DNA from: Octopus vulgaris
Lineage: Eukaryota
Direction: 5' to 3'
NCBI GenBank assembly: GCA_951406725.2
Contig: OX597819.1
Coordinates: forward strand, 35,030,001 to 35,094,000
Length of the DNA: 64,000 nt
In this document: one piece after another, positions 39,217-51,856 of the stretch
How positions within the stretch are numbered: position 1 is the stretch's first letter
Layout: the number at the start of each line of letters is the position of its first letter
Notes under the pieces: model-generated
Database searches by the model: none
What the model saw: only the letters and a program-made list of their open reading frames with translations
What the model was told of the DNA's origin: nothing
Made by a program: the position numbers and the translations under genes

Positions 39217-40262
39217 AGATTTTGCTATTCTTGAAAACACTAACAACCAAAGACAATGGGGGAAGACATTTTAATGTAATGTGCGGTTTGGGGAAACCTC
39301 AAAAGGGATGGATAAAGATATTGTATAAATATGTATAAGGAAAATACAAATAAAATTATAACAATATTTTGGTGAAGATCGCTAATTATTACAGTATATC
39401 TGCTAGAAAACACAGCAAGAAGGTGGAGACAGGTTCAAAATTTTTATTCAACCAATTATAAACTTTATTTTAAAATGGAGTATAAATTGGAAATAAAAGA
39501 GAGAATCTTGCATAGATTGCAGCCATAATTGTTAAATTTCTGAATAGCATATATAACAGAGCTCTCTCTCTCTCTACATCTGCTTTCATCATTTCTTATT
39601 TTCTCTCTTTCCTTCTCCTTATATCTCTATTTTGGTTAGAAATAAATGGATAAGCTTTGCATCAAACGAGTATGCGCATTGCTATTTAATCAGATATTTA
39701 TCCAGATGCTTATGGAGGTTAATGATGATATTCGGATTAGTCTAATTTTACTCGATTATTGAAGCATAAATTTATATTCCTTTACAGATTAATGCACCTA
39801 GAAAATAACTATTTTACTTTTTTTTCCCCCCTTTAAATATAAAACGCAGTGTGTAATTACTACATTTGAACCAACTTACTCATTTTCTAAAACTTTCATC
39901 TTAAATAAATGTAATCTTCATATTGTCCATTTAAAAAGATGCATAAATTAAGAAGTTTTTCTTTAATTTTTATCATTAGTTTGAGTATTTTTAATAAAAG
40001 TTTTATTTTTTAGACAATGTGGAGAATAGTAAAATATCGTTGATATCTGATATTGGTAAATGTCATTGATTTATAGGGGAGGTAGGGGGATAGGTGCTGG
40101 ATTCAGACTAAGTGAATAACTATTTAATTATTTTATCAATCTCAAGATGGATGAAAGGCAAAGCTGATGCCAGTAGAATTTGAAATCAAAGTCTAGATAT
40201 ACCAAACTGAATAATCACGTAAAGCAAATTAAAATGTTATTTCCAAAACATATTTTATTAAT

Positions 40263-40398
40263 ATATGGCTTTAGAAGTTTTTCCATTATCATGTTTATAT
40301 GGCTTTAGAAGTTTTTCCATTATCATGTTTATATGGCTTTAGAAGTTTTTCCATTATCATGTTTATATGGCTTTAGAAGTTTTTCCATTATCATGTTT
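40263..40398. repeat. Perfect tandem repeat, 4 x 34 bp
   Basis: atatggctttagaagtttttccattatcatgttt repeated four times with no spacers. Confidence 0.97.
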
Positions 40399-42267
40399 AC
40401 TGGAGAATTGAAGTATCCTCATACTGTTGGAATTATTCCATTTCTCTTAGAAAAACAATGTGTTTTATTTCAGTTCAATTTTATTTCTTTAGTAGATAAT
40501 GTTTTGTTATAGCAAATCTTTTTGTTAAACAATAAATTAGATATTCATATCTTTCTCCAATTATCTTCTTCCACTTAGTAAATTCTACCTAATCACCGTT
40601 CTAGGTGTATGTCTTAAATGAGCAGTAGCAAATACTGTTCTTTGTCCAACACTATATATATACATATATATAAAATCAAACTTATGACTATTGCACATGA
40701 ACTTGCTGAATATGTTGTACATGCTTTCTTTCAATGTACGTATTTAAACAAAACATAAAACATGAGCTATTTTAGCAAGTCATCAGTATTGTTTTGTCTG
40801 ATTCCCATAATCAGATCATTATCTTGCCTTATATTACTTTTTCATTGTTTTTATTTTTTGTTCGGTTTTTTTTTTTTTTTGAGTTTTTTTTTCTTACCCA
40901 TTACTTCATGACAATCCCTTGGAATGTTCATCATCCTCACATTTTGTAAAATTATTTACATCTTCATTTGTTTAAGAATCAAAATTTTACCAGGGGAAAA
41001 CTTGCCTTTATTTATATCTGATAGTATATTATACAAGTTACATATATTTTTTTTCTTTTCCTTGTAGACCATTAAAATAAACATTTTTTTTTTCTTGTTT
41101 CAAAATTCTTTTCTGTCTATTTTACATTTTAGTTACAGTCTTTTTTTTTTTGTTTTTGTTTTTTTTCACTCAATGAAAAAAACATTTCACTCTTTCATTC
41201 TGTTTACATTTTAGTTCAAGATAATCCTTTCATTTATACTGAAAAGAATTATCTAAATTTGACTTTTTTTTTTTTTTGTCATCAGTACTTTGTTTCAAAA
41301 TTTCATGAAATCCATCTTAATCTGTAAGTTTCTTAAAATATTAAAAATTATTTACGTTTATAGATGCTTTTTTTAAAAAATCTACGTTCATATTTTATAG
41401 CTAATTACTTCAATTTTCAATTTTCCCATTTATTTAACTATCTCCCATAGACTGAGTGGTCAATGATCAGTTACTTTAAATGGCTACCATCAGTTATTAG
41501 AATGAAATAGTTTTGAAAAGTTAAATTCAGGAGGAATCATCATCATCATCATCTTCGTTTAGTGTTCGTTTTCCATGCTAGCATGGGTTGGACGCTTCAA
41601 CTAGGGTCTGGGAAGCCAGAAGGCTGCACCAGGCCCAGTCTGATCTGGCAAGGTTTCTACGGCTGGATGCCCTTCCTAACACCAACCACTCCGTGAGTGT
41701 AGTGGGTGCTTTTTACGTGCCAGACGAGGCTGGCAAACGGCCATGATCGGATGGTACTTTTTATGTGCCACCGGCATGGGGGCCAGGCTATAGTCTTCAA
41801 GCTTTTGTTGTCATATCTCTAGTAATTATCTTAATCTTTTAGTATTTAAACTGGCCATATCTGGCCTAAGTATTCTCTTTATTTTATGTTAAAACCAGCC
41901 AGATCCAGCCTCTTACACCTATGCTCCAATGTCGTTCTTAAAAGAAACAATCACTTCATCTTGAAGCAATGAAATAATGCAGAATTTATTCAAAAGAATG
42001 TGAATAGATATGCATTAACATTGGACAGAATAATCTGAGTGCTAGCGATGTAAACATTGCCCTGTAAATATTGAATTAGTGATTCAAGCTCACCATCATT
42101 TTAACTTTGTGTTGGAGAGATTTGCAGCACACATTTGATGTATGCATCTCAGTCCAGCATCAATTCCGATTGAAATATGTAAATGTGCTTGCTATGTTCT
42201 CATGCACTGCATATATCCTCAACCACCAGATCGTGGCACACACACACACACAGTCCATACACATACT

Positions 42268-42655
42268 CTTTTACTCATTTCAGTCATTTGACTGTGGCCA
42301 TGCTGGAGCACCACCTTTAGTCAAAGAAATCAACCTCAGGGATTATTCTTTGTAGGCCTAGTATTTATTCTATCAGTCTCTTTTGCCAAACTGGTAAGTT
42401 TCAGGGACATAAACACACCAACATCAATTGTCAAGCGATGGTGGGGGGGGACAAACAAAAACATACACACATATATATATATATATATATACGACAGGCT
42501 TCTTTCAGTTTCCATCTACCAAATCCACTCACAAGGCTTTGGTTGGCCGGAGGCTATAGTGGAAGACACCTGCCCAAGGTGCCACACAGTGGGATTGAAC
42601 CCAGAACCATGTTGTTGATAAGCAAGCTTCTTACCACACAGTCACGCCTGCACCT
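42268..42655 (-). mobile_element. tRNA-derived SINE, same family
   Basis: Reverse complement of the 59481 copy. Confidence 0.88.
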
Positions 42656-43454
42656 ATAACATGTTCACTTTCATTTAGATCAGGATAGTTTTTCCTTTGC
42701 TACTTGGGCCAATGTCTTGGATTTCTGATTGCATATTAATGTTACTTACTAAATAGGCTTTCCTCAACTCATTTCTTTAATCCCTACATTCACTCCTGAT
42801 GTTTCACAATAGAACCTATGTATTGACTCATGATTCACAACATTTAGCATATTTACACATACTCACTTTATTTTTATTTTCATAATGAAGGCAAAAAATT
42901 AGTTAAAAAAATTTTTTTTCTACTTCTGTCTAGCCACTAGGTTATTACAAGTTCCACTTAACTGCATTAATAGTGTTAATCAGATGCTAGGACTTGTCTG
43001 TTTTTAGCAAGCATTTTGAACAGTCTCCGGTTTTCAAGCAACTCCAAGTCTGATGCATTTGAGTTTTGGTTTCTTGTCACACTATCATAGAACCCAGTGC
43101 CTTTTTGAGCAATCCTTTTTAAGCCATTCCCTTTCTGGCAATATTATTCTAACCTGTAGAATTACATATATTGTTTCATGAAACTCTTGGCCTTCTTAAT
43201 TTTCATTCTGTTTGACTGAAGTCCCTTCAATTTCAAGTTTTCATAGTTTATATTTTCAGATTATACATTGAGAATCAATTAATCAGCTTAATAAAAACAT
43301 TCATGAGAACTTCTTTATAATGAGCACAGGGTATTGGTATATGCCATGCCCAACATTACATTAAATTCTTCTGTCGAGTACTGGTAATTTAAATTTAATT
43401 TTTTTAAATCATGCTTTTAAAATAACTAAAACACTATGTTCTTCATGTATGTTC

Positions 43455-43826
43455 TTCATGAAGCTCCGGCATCTGGCGACGGACTTGGTAAACACCCACA
43501 AGGTTATCAACCACCTCACCAACAACAACACTGAACACCTTTTTGATCTCCATGTGTCTAACACACGTGGATATGCCTACAAAGTCAGAAAACAACACAG
43601 CTCCCATGACTTTCGGAAACATTTTTTCACGCTCAGAGTTGCTGAAGCATGGAATAAACTACCTGCGTCAGTTGTTGACTGCCATGACACTGCATCCTTT
43701 AAGGCCCTCATGCTTTCCGAAATCCGCCGAAACTACACCTGATTATATATACACTTTAGATGAGTTGTAGTGCACCTGAGCACTGTACAAAATTATAATT
43801 ATTATTATTATTATTATTATCATTAT
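43455..43826 (+). mobile_element. CR1-clade LINE 3' end
   Basis: TRG...FRKHFFTLRVAEAWNKLP motif followed by an (ATT)n tail. Confidence 0.85.
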
Positions 43827-43837
43827 CAGACATGTAA

Positions 43838-45006
43838 TATTGGATCATCCCATAAATAATGCAGTTTTTTTATACTTCTTTTGCTTTTCAAAATTAAGAT
43901 AAGCAAACTTCTTTTTTAATCTAAAATATACTCTCCTTCATTTTCTACAATGCTCTTCCATCTATCTGGTTGACTTGCAAGGCCACTCTTCCAAAATTTA
44001 CTTGTCCATGATGAAAAATACTCCTCCAGTACTGTTCTGATCTCGTCTACAGAATTCATATTCTTTCCGTCCAAATGATTTTGAAGACGAGCAATGTCCA
44101 GCGAATATAGTGGGTTGGGGCATTGTTTCCCATTCAAACTGCTCCAGCCTTTGGAATGTCATTCTTGCTATATGTGGAAGAGCACATTTCATCTTGAAAC
44201 CAAAGATGGTCGTTTTCCTTCTAGCACTGACTTAAGCTGCTTGCAGTAGATCTCCTTTGTAATCATTTGGTTTGGGTTTAAAAGTTCAAAGTGGACTAAA
44301 CCTTTTATATCCCACCAAACAGATAACACCTTATGTGGGTGAACACCTTTTTTAGCCTGGGGTGCTGGTGTTTCTCCTTTCCCTACCCACTGCCTTCAGC
44401 GCTTGACATTTTTTTAGAGAACCCATTTCTTGTCACCAGTCACTATTTGGTCTAAAAAAAGTTCATTTGTGAGACATGATAATAAAGAGTACATATTCAC
44501 TCTATGCATGCGATTAGACTCAGAAAGTTTGTGAGGAACCCATTGACTCAATTTGCTTACTTTTCTGATGGCACACAGGTGTTGATGACCAAATTGATAG
44601 TTGAAAGACCAAATTCAAGCTTCTCTGCTAGTTCCTCAACAGTTACAGTGGGTTTGCAGAACATCCTCATAAAGCACTCTACAGATCTTCCAGGATGAGG
44701 CTCACCTTCTAGGCTGTAGCTTCCAGTTTGGAATTTCTGGAACCACCGTTGACACTGTGTTGCTACTTTTATTGAACTCATTAAGCAAAATATGCTGAAT
44801 ATGCTCCTTTGTCACTTCCATTATAGCTTTGAAAAAAATAACATAAAATCAAATTGCACTCTTCAAAACTTGCACTAAGAATAAGCACAAGGTAAAATTA
44901 CTAACTGCTTTTATAGCAAGTTGATGCAGGTAGTTTATTCCGTCCCCCTCTGAGTTTTAGTTCATGCAATTGAAAAATACTGCATTATTTAAGGGGTGAT
45001 CCAATA
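43838..45006 (-). mobile_element. Degenerate mariner
   Basis: TA-flanked TIRs ttggatcatcccataaataatgcag / ctgcattatttaaggggtgatccaa; HTH (RWFQKF) and C-terminal RW..IVENEGEY remnants. Confidence 0.92.
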
Positions 45007-45771
45007 AAACCAATGCATTACAAAAATAATTGATTTTTAAAATTGCTTAGTAGATAGAATTAGAAGTGACAAAAAGTTATTTATATAGACTTTTTTCACC
45101 AAAATCAAGATTAAAATTATGGGTGCTTTTTTTTTTTTTTTTTTTTTTTAAGATAGTTTAGGTCCTAAAATCAAGATGTATTGTTCATGGACCTTCGTGA
45201 TAGTTTTAAATTTAGCTACTTCAGAAAATGATTTGTGTTTATATTATTTTTTTTTTTCCTTGAATTCTTTTATTGATTTCAAACATTTGACTGTTGGGGC
45301 ATCACCTTCAAGGGATTTTATGAATAATATTGATCCTATTTGTCAATTACTTATTTTGTAAAGGAAGGAACTAAATATCAAAACGTATTGGTCATCCCTG
45401 ACAATTGTATACGTCTAGATTCCATATTGATGCCCAAAACCACTTTGTTGCAAAGCAAACATTTAACAATGAGAAGTTATCTACATAAGAATCTGGGTTT
45501 TGCTCAATTGTGTGTGAAGTGCAGAGAACAGACCAATTGTGGGCAAAATGCAGCACACAAGACTTTCTGAATAGTATGCCAATGAAAAGAGTGCCTTGAT
45601 TTCTTTCTAGTAATGCAGCCTGCTTGATGATGAGCCATATTTCACGTGGCCAGCTTCTTGCAAAAGATTGCCCATGCCTGGAATAGACTATACACAAATT
45701 GGTCAATATAACAGCTCATTATATTGGTATTGACCTTAAACATGTGAAAGTCAAATGACTTGTTTTACTAA

Positions 45772-46138
45772 TCTCTATATATATAAATGGCAAAATGTCT
45801 GTGTGTGTGTCCTTTATACAAATCCACAATTTTTCAGTTAGAGGGCTCGCATTTTCTATGGTCATTTAAAACCGTCCAAGGGTGGTCATGTACATTTTTA
45901 CATTTCCCCAGTCACCCCGCAAAGCCATTAAAAAAAATCAATAGAAGTGACTTTTTTTGTGAATTTTCTATCCAAAACCCAATCAAAATGCCCGAAACTT
46001 GATACGCCAATTGAATGCCAGCTAGCTGTATGTGATTGGTCGGAGATTTGGACAGTACTCGCGTGTATGTGCGCACGCACGCAGCTGTATATGCATGCAC
46101 TAGCAGTATGACCCGGCGTTACCGGGTCATAGTGCTAG
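45772..46138 (+). mobile_element. Non-autonomous Helitron
   Basis: 5' TC after A, subterminal hairpin tatgacccgg-cgtta-ccgggtcata, 3' CTAG before T; no TSD. Confidence 0.85.
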
Positions 46139-48051
46139 TTAAATATAAAACTGATCAAGAGGGATAGCAGTAATGGTATTCATTTTGATCTGAATTTAAA
46201 AGTAGGCTTAGCACTGTAAAACAAGAGTGTAGTAAGACAACAGAGTAATGCTGGTTAGTAGAAGTTAGGAGAGTAAAAAAGGAGGATAAAATACTGTAAC
46301 TGAATAAATTAAGAGAAGTTAAAATCAATTAAGAACAAGATGTAAAATTGAAGTAATTAGAGTTCATAACAGCATTTTTTTTCTCCAAAAAATGAAATGC
46401 TTTTGCAACTTGTCAAATTTAGTTCAGTTGAGAGCACTGGCTATTAGACGAGGTCAGAACAGTAATCTCTATTCTCTGAGTTCAAAATTTGCCAAGGTCA
46501 GTGTTGTCTTTCAACCTTTCAGGTCAATAAAAAAAAAGTTTTAATCCAGAAAGGTTGATTAGGGAAAGAGGTCTTACAGTATTTGTTCCAGCTCTTTGTA
46601 TTCTGATAGTACCACGCTGTATCAGCCCCAATCCTTTCCTTTGGATTCACATCACTGGTGTGGAAAGGGAGACTTGCTTGCACGTGCAACTGCCAGTCTT
46701 CCTCAAAAAGATCTTACCTAGGCTTCTGCACACACGTGCAGAGGCATGGTCAGCCTTGACCAACTAAAGCCATATATATAAAAACAATAGGATCAATAGT
46801 TACAGGTTTTCAACAGACCAATCATTCACTTACTGCATTTCTGATGATGTACATGACAGGGAGTATCTTTAACTTAGTACAGAACATATTTCACAAGGGA
46901 CTTTATTTCAAGAATGTGTATTTTTGGTTTCTCAACAAAAGATGTATCGGTCAACCTTAAGTTATGGTAGAAGACAATTGATCAAGGTGCTGCACAATAC
47001 TGAACCCAGAACCATGTGGTTAACTAAGCAAGCCCTTAACCAACCAGCCATGCCTCTGTCCATTTAATACTAATTGCCAAAATCAAGATAAGTCTGTAAG
47101 GCTTAAGTGATTTTGAAATGCATTTTTATTATTCTTCAAAGAACTGTTCCACAATTCCAGTTAGGTGTTTTGGGAAAGAGTGACATAATGTATTGTAGAT
47201 GGAGAAATTGCCTGCATGAAAGAGTTCCATTGCAACTTTATTGACAGAAAATCTTTTGTTCTGTTTGTACAATTGCATAGTTAGAAACCTTACGAGCCAG
47301 CAACATAATCAGGTAAAATGTAAATACTGCAAAGAAATACTTTGAGAAGTAGAATTCTGATTGAATCACATGACCAATCTATTTTATTTGTCAAAGCAAT
47401 TGTTTTAACAGCTTTTAATGTCTTTCAACTAACCACAAAATTATGAAATAATTTTATGTTCAGTCAAATAAACTGAAGCAGAGTTAAGTAACTTGTTCAG
47501 AGGTACAAAAGCAAAATCCTTAACCTCCAAACAGCCATTGTGCTTGTTATTAAATATAAATAACTAAATCAAGCTTTATATTTCCTTCTAACCTTGCAAA
47601 CAGATGCTTTGTAGCTCATAAAAATACTCAAAGCTTAATAAATAAGTAACTAACCAAAAGACTGTTAGTCAATATATAGCTTTGAATAAACATTCAAATC
47701 TTCTACTGTTCAAGAAGTATTGTTACTAACTTTTCGTATTTACTGTTGACTTTTTTTTTTTTACTTTCACTTTCCTATGTGTTAATGAAATAAAATGAAG
47801 CTTTAAAAGCTTTAACTATGAAACAAAATGTAAAACAATGATAGGTTTACCTGCAATATATATATATATATAGAGATAGATATGAAAAAAAAATCATACA
47901 CATAACATACAAAAGAAGCTAATTTTATTTTAATTTTCCACTTATCTCTATAAAGAATTAATGGTATTTCAAATGTCTACATTAACTCACACGTATTGAG
48001 GTTAAAAAAACAGTCTGGCCAAGTAACACACACATACACACACAAATTATT

Positions 48052-48192
48052 TCAATCTTTCTTTTTGGAATCCGAATCTTTGTCAGCTGTATTATTCTTT
48101 GGCTCAGTTTCTTTAGGTTTCTTCTCTTTGGGGCAAGTTTTCTTGCACTGGTGGAAGGCATCATTTAAGCCAATATCTCTGATAAAATTTTC
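48052..48192 (-). CDS. TMX2: TMX2 terminal exon (ENFIRDIGLNDAFHQCKK...DSDSKKKD*)
   Basis: ttttcaag acceptor in phase 0; EN.IR...LN motif; ends in a dilysine motif and TGA. Confidence 0.93.
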   Translation of the reverse strand, partial: ENFIRDIGLNDAFHQCKKTCPKEKKPKETEPKNNTADKDSDSKKKD

Positions 48193-48710
48193 CTTGAAAA
48201 AACAATGTATTTATATTTGTATTATATTATTTAAAAAATAAAAGAAACAGTCTCAAATTAAATTTGAAAATTAGTCAGTTAAGAACATTGGCTATTAACA
48301 AAGTGATTAATTAGCAGTTTTCATTTGTCAGTTTTAATTTAGTTATGTAAAATAACATTTCTACCATAATTCCAAGTTCCTCATTAAAAATGCAAAATGG
48401 TCCTTTTTTAAGATTATTTCCAAAAGCGGAAAAGAGGCTTGTTCAATGGTAATTTCAATCAAGGGAACTTTTTCATCGTCACTTCACCTGCTAAAAATAG
48501 CATCCAAATCTTCCTCAAATCAGACTATAACACCAGGATGTGATTCTAGATGTACCATGTCTTGGAAAAAGGTGAGATGATCAAAAATTGGAATGCTTTT
48601 GATCATAAGTTTGATCTAGGACTAAATGACATTATATCAAGAAGGTAAGTTAATTAGACAAAATAATCCAAACCTATTTTATTTCAGAGACACTCTAAAA
48701 AATTCCTTAC

Positions 48711-48840
48711 TTTCTGGAAGTTATATTTCACGACTTTGTTCTTAGCATCAAGTATGGGAAGCCTGCTTTTTTCCTTGCCTTCTTGGAAAAGGATAACAGC
48801 TGGAAGTTGTTTTGACCAAGTACTTGTATCAATGTTATAT
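48711..48840 (-). CDS. TMX2: TMX2 exon (YNIDTSTWSKQLPAVILFQEGKEKSRLPILDAKNKVVKYNFQK)
   Basis: ttgcag acceptor, AAA|gtaagg donor, 130 nt; KQLP..ILFQ.GKE motif. Confidence 0.96.
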
Positions 48841-49700
48841 CTGCAAACACAGAACTTTTTTAATGCAACGGCATCTTTGAAATGACATCAATATTACTTA
48901 ATTTTACATATTTCACGATACAAAATTGCCATTTTCTGCTAAATGAGAAATACTTGCCCAATTTATTTTAAAATATGATTAAAATACAGCACAGAAGTGG
49001 CTGTCTGGTAAAAATTTTTCTTCCCAACTACACGGTTCCAGTTTCAATCCTACAGTGTGTGGGCAGGTTTCTTGTACAATAGCCCCAGGTCAATCAAAGC
49101 TTTGTGAGTGAATTCGATAGATGGCAACTGAAAGAAGCACATCCCATATATATATATATATATATATATTTAATAAAAGAAGGAAAATGCACATAATTTT
49201 AATAGATAAAATATAATAGTCGACTTGTTTTGCTAGTTGCAAAACCAGTTGACTATCATAGTATTCTATCCTTTATAATAAATAAATTGTGTGTATTTTC
49301 CTTTTCTTTTATATTTTTTCACTACAACTCACCACATGGGGAAAATCTATTCAATGAAATTCTTTTTCACTATTTATGTGTGTGTGTGTCTTGTTTCTTG
49401 CTCTCTCATGCAAGTGTTATCCTTTGTTTCCAATCTTTCATGAAAATATGACTAGTCATGGGGAAATAGTATCTTGCTTGGAAACAGGCAAAGTTGGCAA
49501 CAGGAAAAAAAAATCTGCCTCAACACATTCAGTCTGACTGCTATGAACATGGGAAAAATGATGGTAATGATGAGCTTGTGATTATTAATTTATAAGATAT
49601 TGTTTCAAAATGGTCTTCAGATTATATCACTATCATCATTTAACATTCTTGATCTGATAATGGATTATAATCACTTAGGCAAAGTTAGTACAACAATAAT

Positions 49701-50109
49701 GGGATCTTTTCGATTTGAATGGCAGTTTTTAAAATAATTTCTAGGTAACTAAAAAATTTTAAACTTCGTATACTGGTAGAATGTGTTTATAAATTCATCT
49801 TTTTCTCTTGGCTTTATTGAGAAAATTCTATAGTTTGTAAGATATTTGTTGTTTTTTTTTCTTCAATTTCAATCAATGAATGACGTCTATTGAGGTAAAA
49901 AAAAACATTCTGTACCATATGAATATGTCCCTCGTTTAAGAAACAGATTGGGTTTATTTACATTTGTGAAGAAAAAAAGATACCCTTCCCCCCACCCCTA
50001 ACCCTAAAACAGATTGAAATGCAATAGATCGATACTAGGGTCATAATTATGGGTGACAATTTCATATGACACTGCTAGAAAAAACTGCCGTTCAAACCGA
50101 AAAGATCCT
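49701..50109. mobile_element. Same GGGATC-TIR element, opposite orientation
   Basis: Reverse complement match to 9087-9490; no TSD visible. Confidence 0.88.
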
Positions 50110-50643
50110 AGAAAAGTTCCCACAAACAGCAGAGGAGTTGGGAGCCAAGCCATGCCTTCATCCACAATCATTGCTGAATCTGTTACTAACAACATATCTG
50201 TACATGACTTGCATACCTAACAAGCCATTATCTGCACCTAATTTTCTTAGCAATTACCAGACCACAAACCAAAATTTAAAAAAACATTATAAATAAATAA
50301 AATTATAAATAAAAATTATTGGATCTAGAGAAAACAACTGTTGCTGCAACTACAACCACCACCACCACAACAACACTTATTTACAACTATTACGCAATGT
50401 CAAGAAGAGGAGCACAAACACACACATATACACAATGGGATTCTTTCTGTCTCTGCCAACCAATTCCACTCACATTTGTCCTGAGTGCCACACAGTGGGA
50501 CTGAACCCAAATGATTAGGAAGCAAACTTCTTTTAACAGAAAATATATACAAACATTGGATCTAGAGAAAATATATAAAAACCACTGAACCTAAATTATA
50601 AAAATTAGAATAAAATAGCTAAAACAAAATCAAATAAACCTAC

Positions 50644-50709
50644 TTTTTAGCAATATCAGGATAGCGAGATCCATCAAGTTTTCCAAATTTTAAATTTGGC
50701 AGGCTGTAT
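50644..50709 (-). CDS. TMX2: TMX2 exon (YSLPNLKFGKLDGSRYPDIAK)
   Basis: ttccag acceptor, AA|gtaggt donor, 66 nt; LxFGKxDxxRY motif. Confidence 0.95.
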
Positions 50710-50798
50710 CTGGAAGAAGAAAAAAAGCAAGCAAATTAAAAAAAAAAAAAAAAAAAAACTTTAAATAACTGGGGTGCAAATTATATATATATATATAC

Positions 50799-51670
50799 CA
50801 GCGATTGCGCTGGTATGGTCATGTGGTGAGAATGGAAGAAGATAGGTAAGTGAAAAATTGCCACACCTTAGCAGTTGAGGGAACCTGTGGAAGAGGTAGA
50901 CCCAGGAAAACCTGGGACGAGGTGGTGAAGCATGACCTTCAAACATTAGACCTCACAGGGGCAATGACTAGTGACAGAGATCTTTGGAAATATGCGTGAG
51001 AAGACCCGGCAGGACAAATGAGACCATAACCTGTGGCCTTCGCTAGGGATGTAGCCAGCCCACTTATGCATACCTTTCCTTCTTTGAACACAAAACTCCG
51101 CTTGTGAAGACCTGTTGAGGCAAGTGAAATTGAAATTGAATTCGAAATCAAACCAAATTTGATGACTGGCACCCATGCCTACCTCCCTTCATTTGACACT
51201 AAACTCTGCTTGCGAAGACCTGTTGGGGCAAGTGAAATCAAAATTAAACCAAATTTGATGACTGGCACCCATGCCAGTGGAGCGCTAACAGCTCCATCCA
51301 AGCAGGATCACTGCCAGTGGCACATAAAAAGCACCATTTGAGCGTGATCGTTACCAGCGTCACCTTACTGGCACTTGAACAAAACATTCAAGCGAGGTCG
51401 TTGCCAGAGCTGCTGGACTATCTCCTGTGCAGGTGGCACGTAAAAAACACCATTTGAGCATGGCCGTTGCCAGTACCGCCAGACTGGCCCTCATGCCGGT
51501 GGCACATAAAAGCACCCACTACATTCTCGGAGTGGTTGGCATTAGGAAGGGCATCCAACTGTAGAAACTCTGCCAGATCAGATTGGAACCTGGCGCAGCC
51601 ATCTGGTTCGCTAGTCCTCAGTCAAATCGTCAACCCATGCTAGCATGGAAAGCTGACATTAAATGATGAT
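50799..51670 (+). mobile_element. RTE-clade LINE 3' end (family B) with internal duplication
   Basis: RLRWYGHVVR...GRPRKTWDEVVKHDL, then 3' UTR with sub-repeats and gatgat tail. Confidence 0.88.
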
Positions 51671-51749
51671 ATATATAATGATGATAAAAGCATGAGTAAA
51701 TTTTCAATAATTTTAATGAATATTATTTCTACTAATTTTAATCACTTAC

Positions 51750-51856
51750 TCAGATGAAACTTCAGCAAATATTGGAGCAAAGCTGATACAAGCTGGTGAC
51801 CAAGCAGCATAGAAAGCAATGACCCACGAAATTCTTTTATCTCGTTCAATTTCATC
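51750..51856 (-). CDS. TMX2: TMX2 exon, thioredoxin-fold active-site region (DEIERDKRISWVIAFYAAWSPACISFAPIFAEVSS)
   Basis: atag acceptor, GA|gtaagt donor, 107 nt; ERDKR..W...F.A.WS..C..FAPI with SXXC, diagnostic of TMX2. Confidence 0.97.

Noticed and set aside
40263-40398. CRISPR-like 34-bp repeats
   Set aside because: Units are contiguous with no spacers, there are no cas genes, and the context is eukaryotic.
47982-48164. 60-aa basic ORF
   Set aside because: Alternative frame of the TMX2 terminal exon.
51250-51520. Repeated tgcc.gtggcacgtaaaaagcacc units with variable spacing, resembling an array
   Set aside because: Internal sub-repeats of a dispersed RTE LINE 3' UTR present many times in the window.
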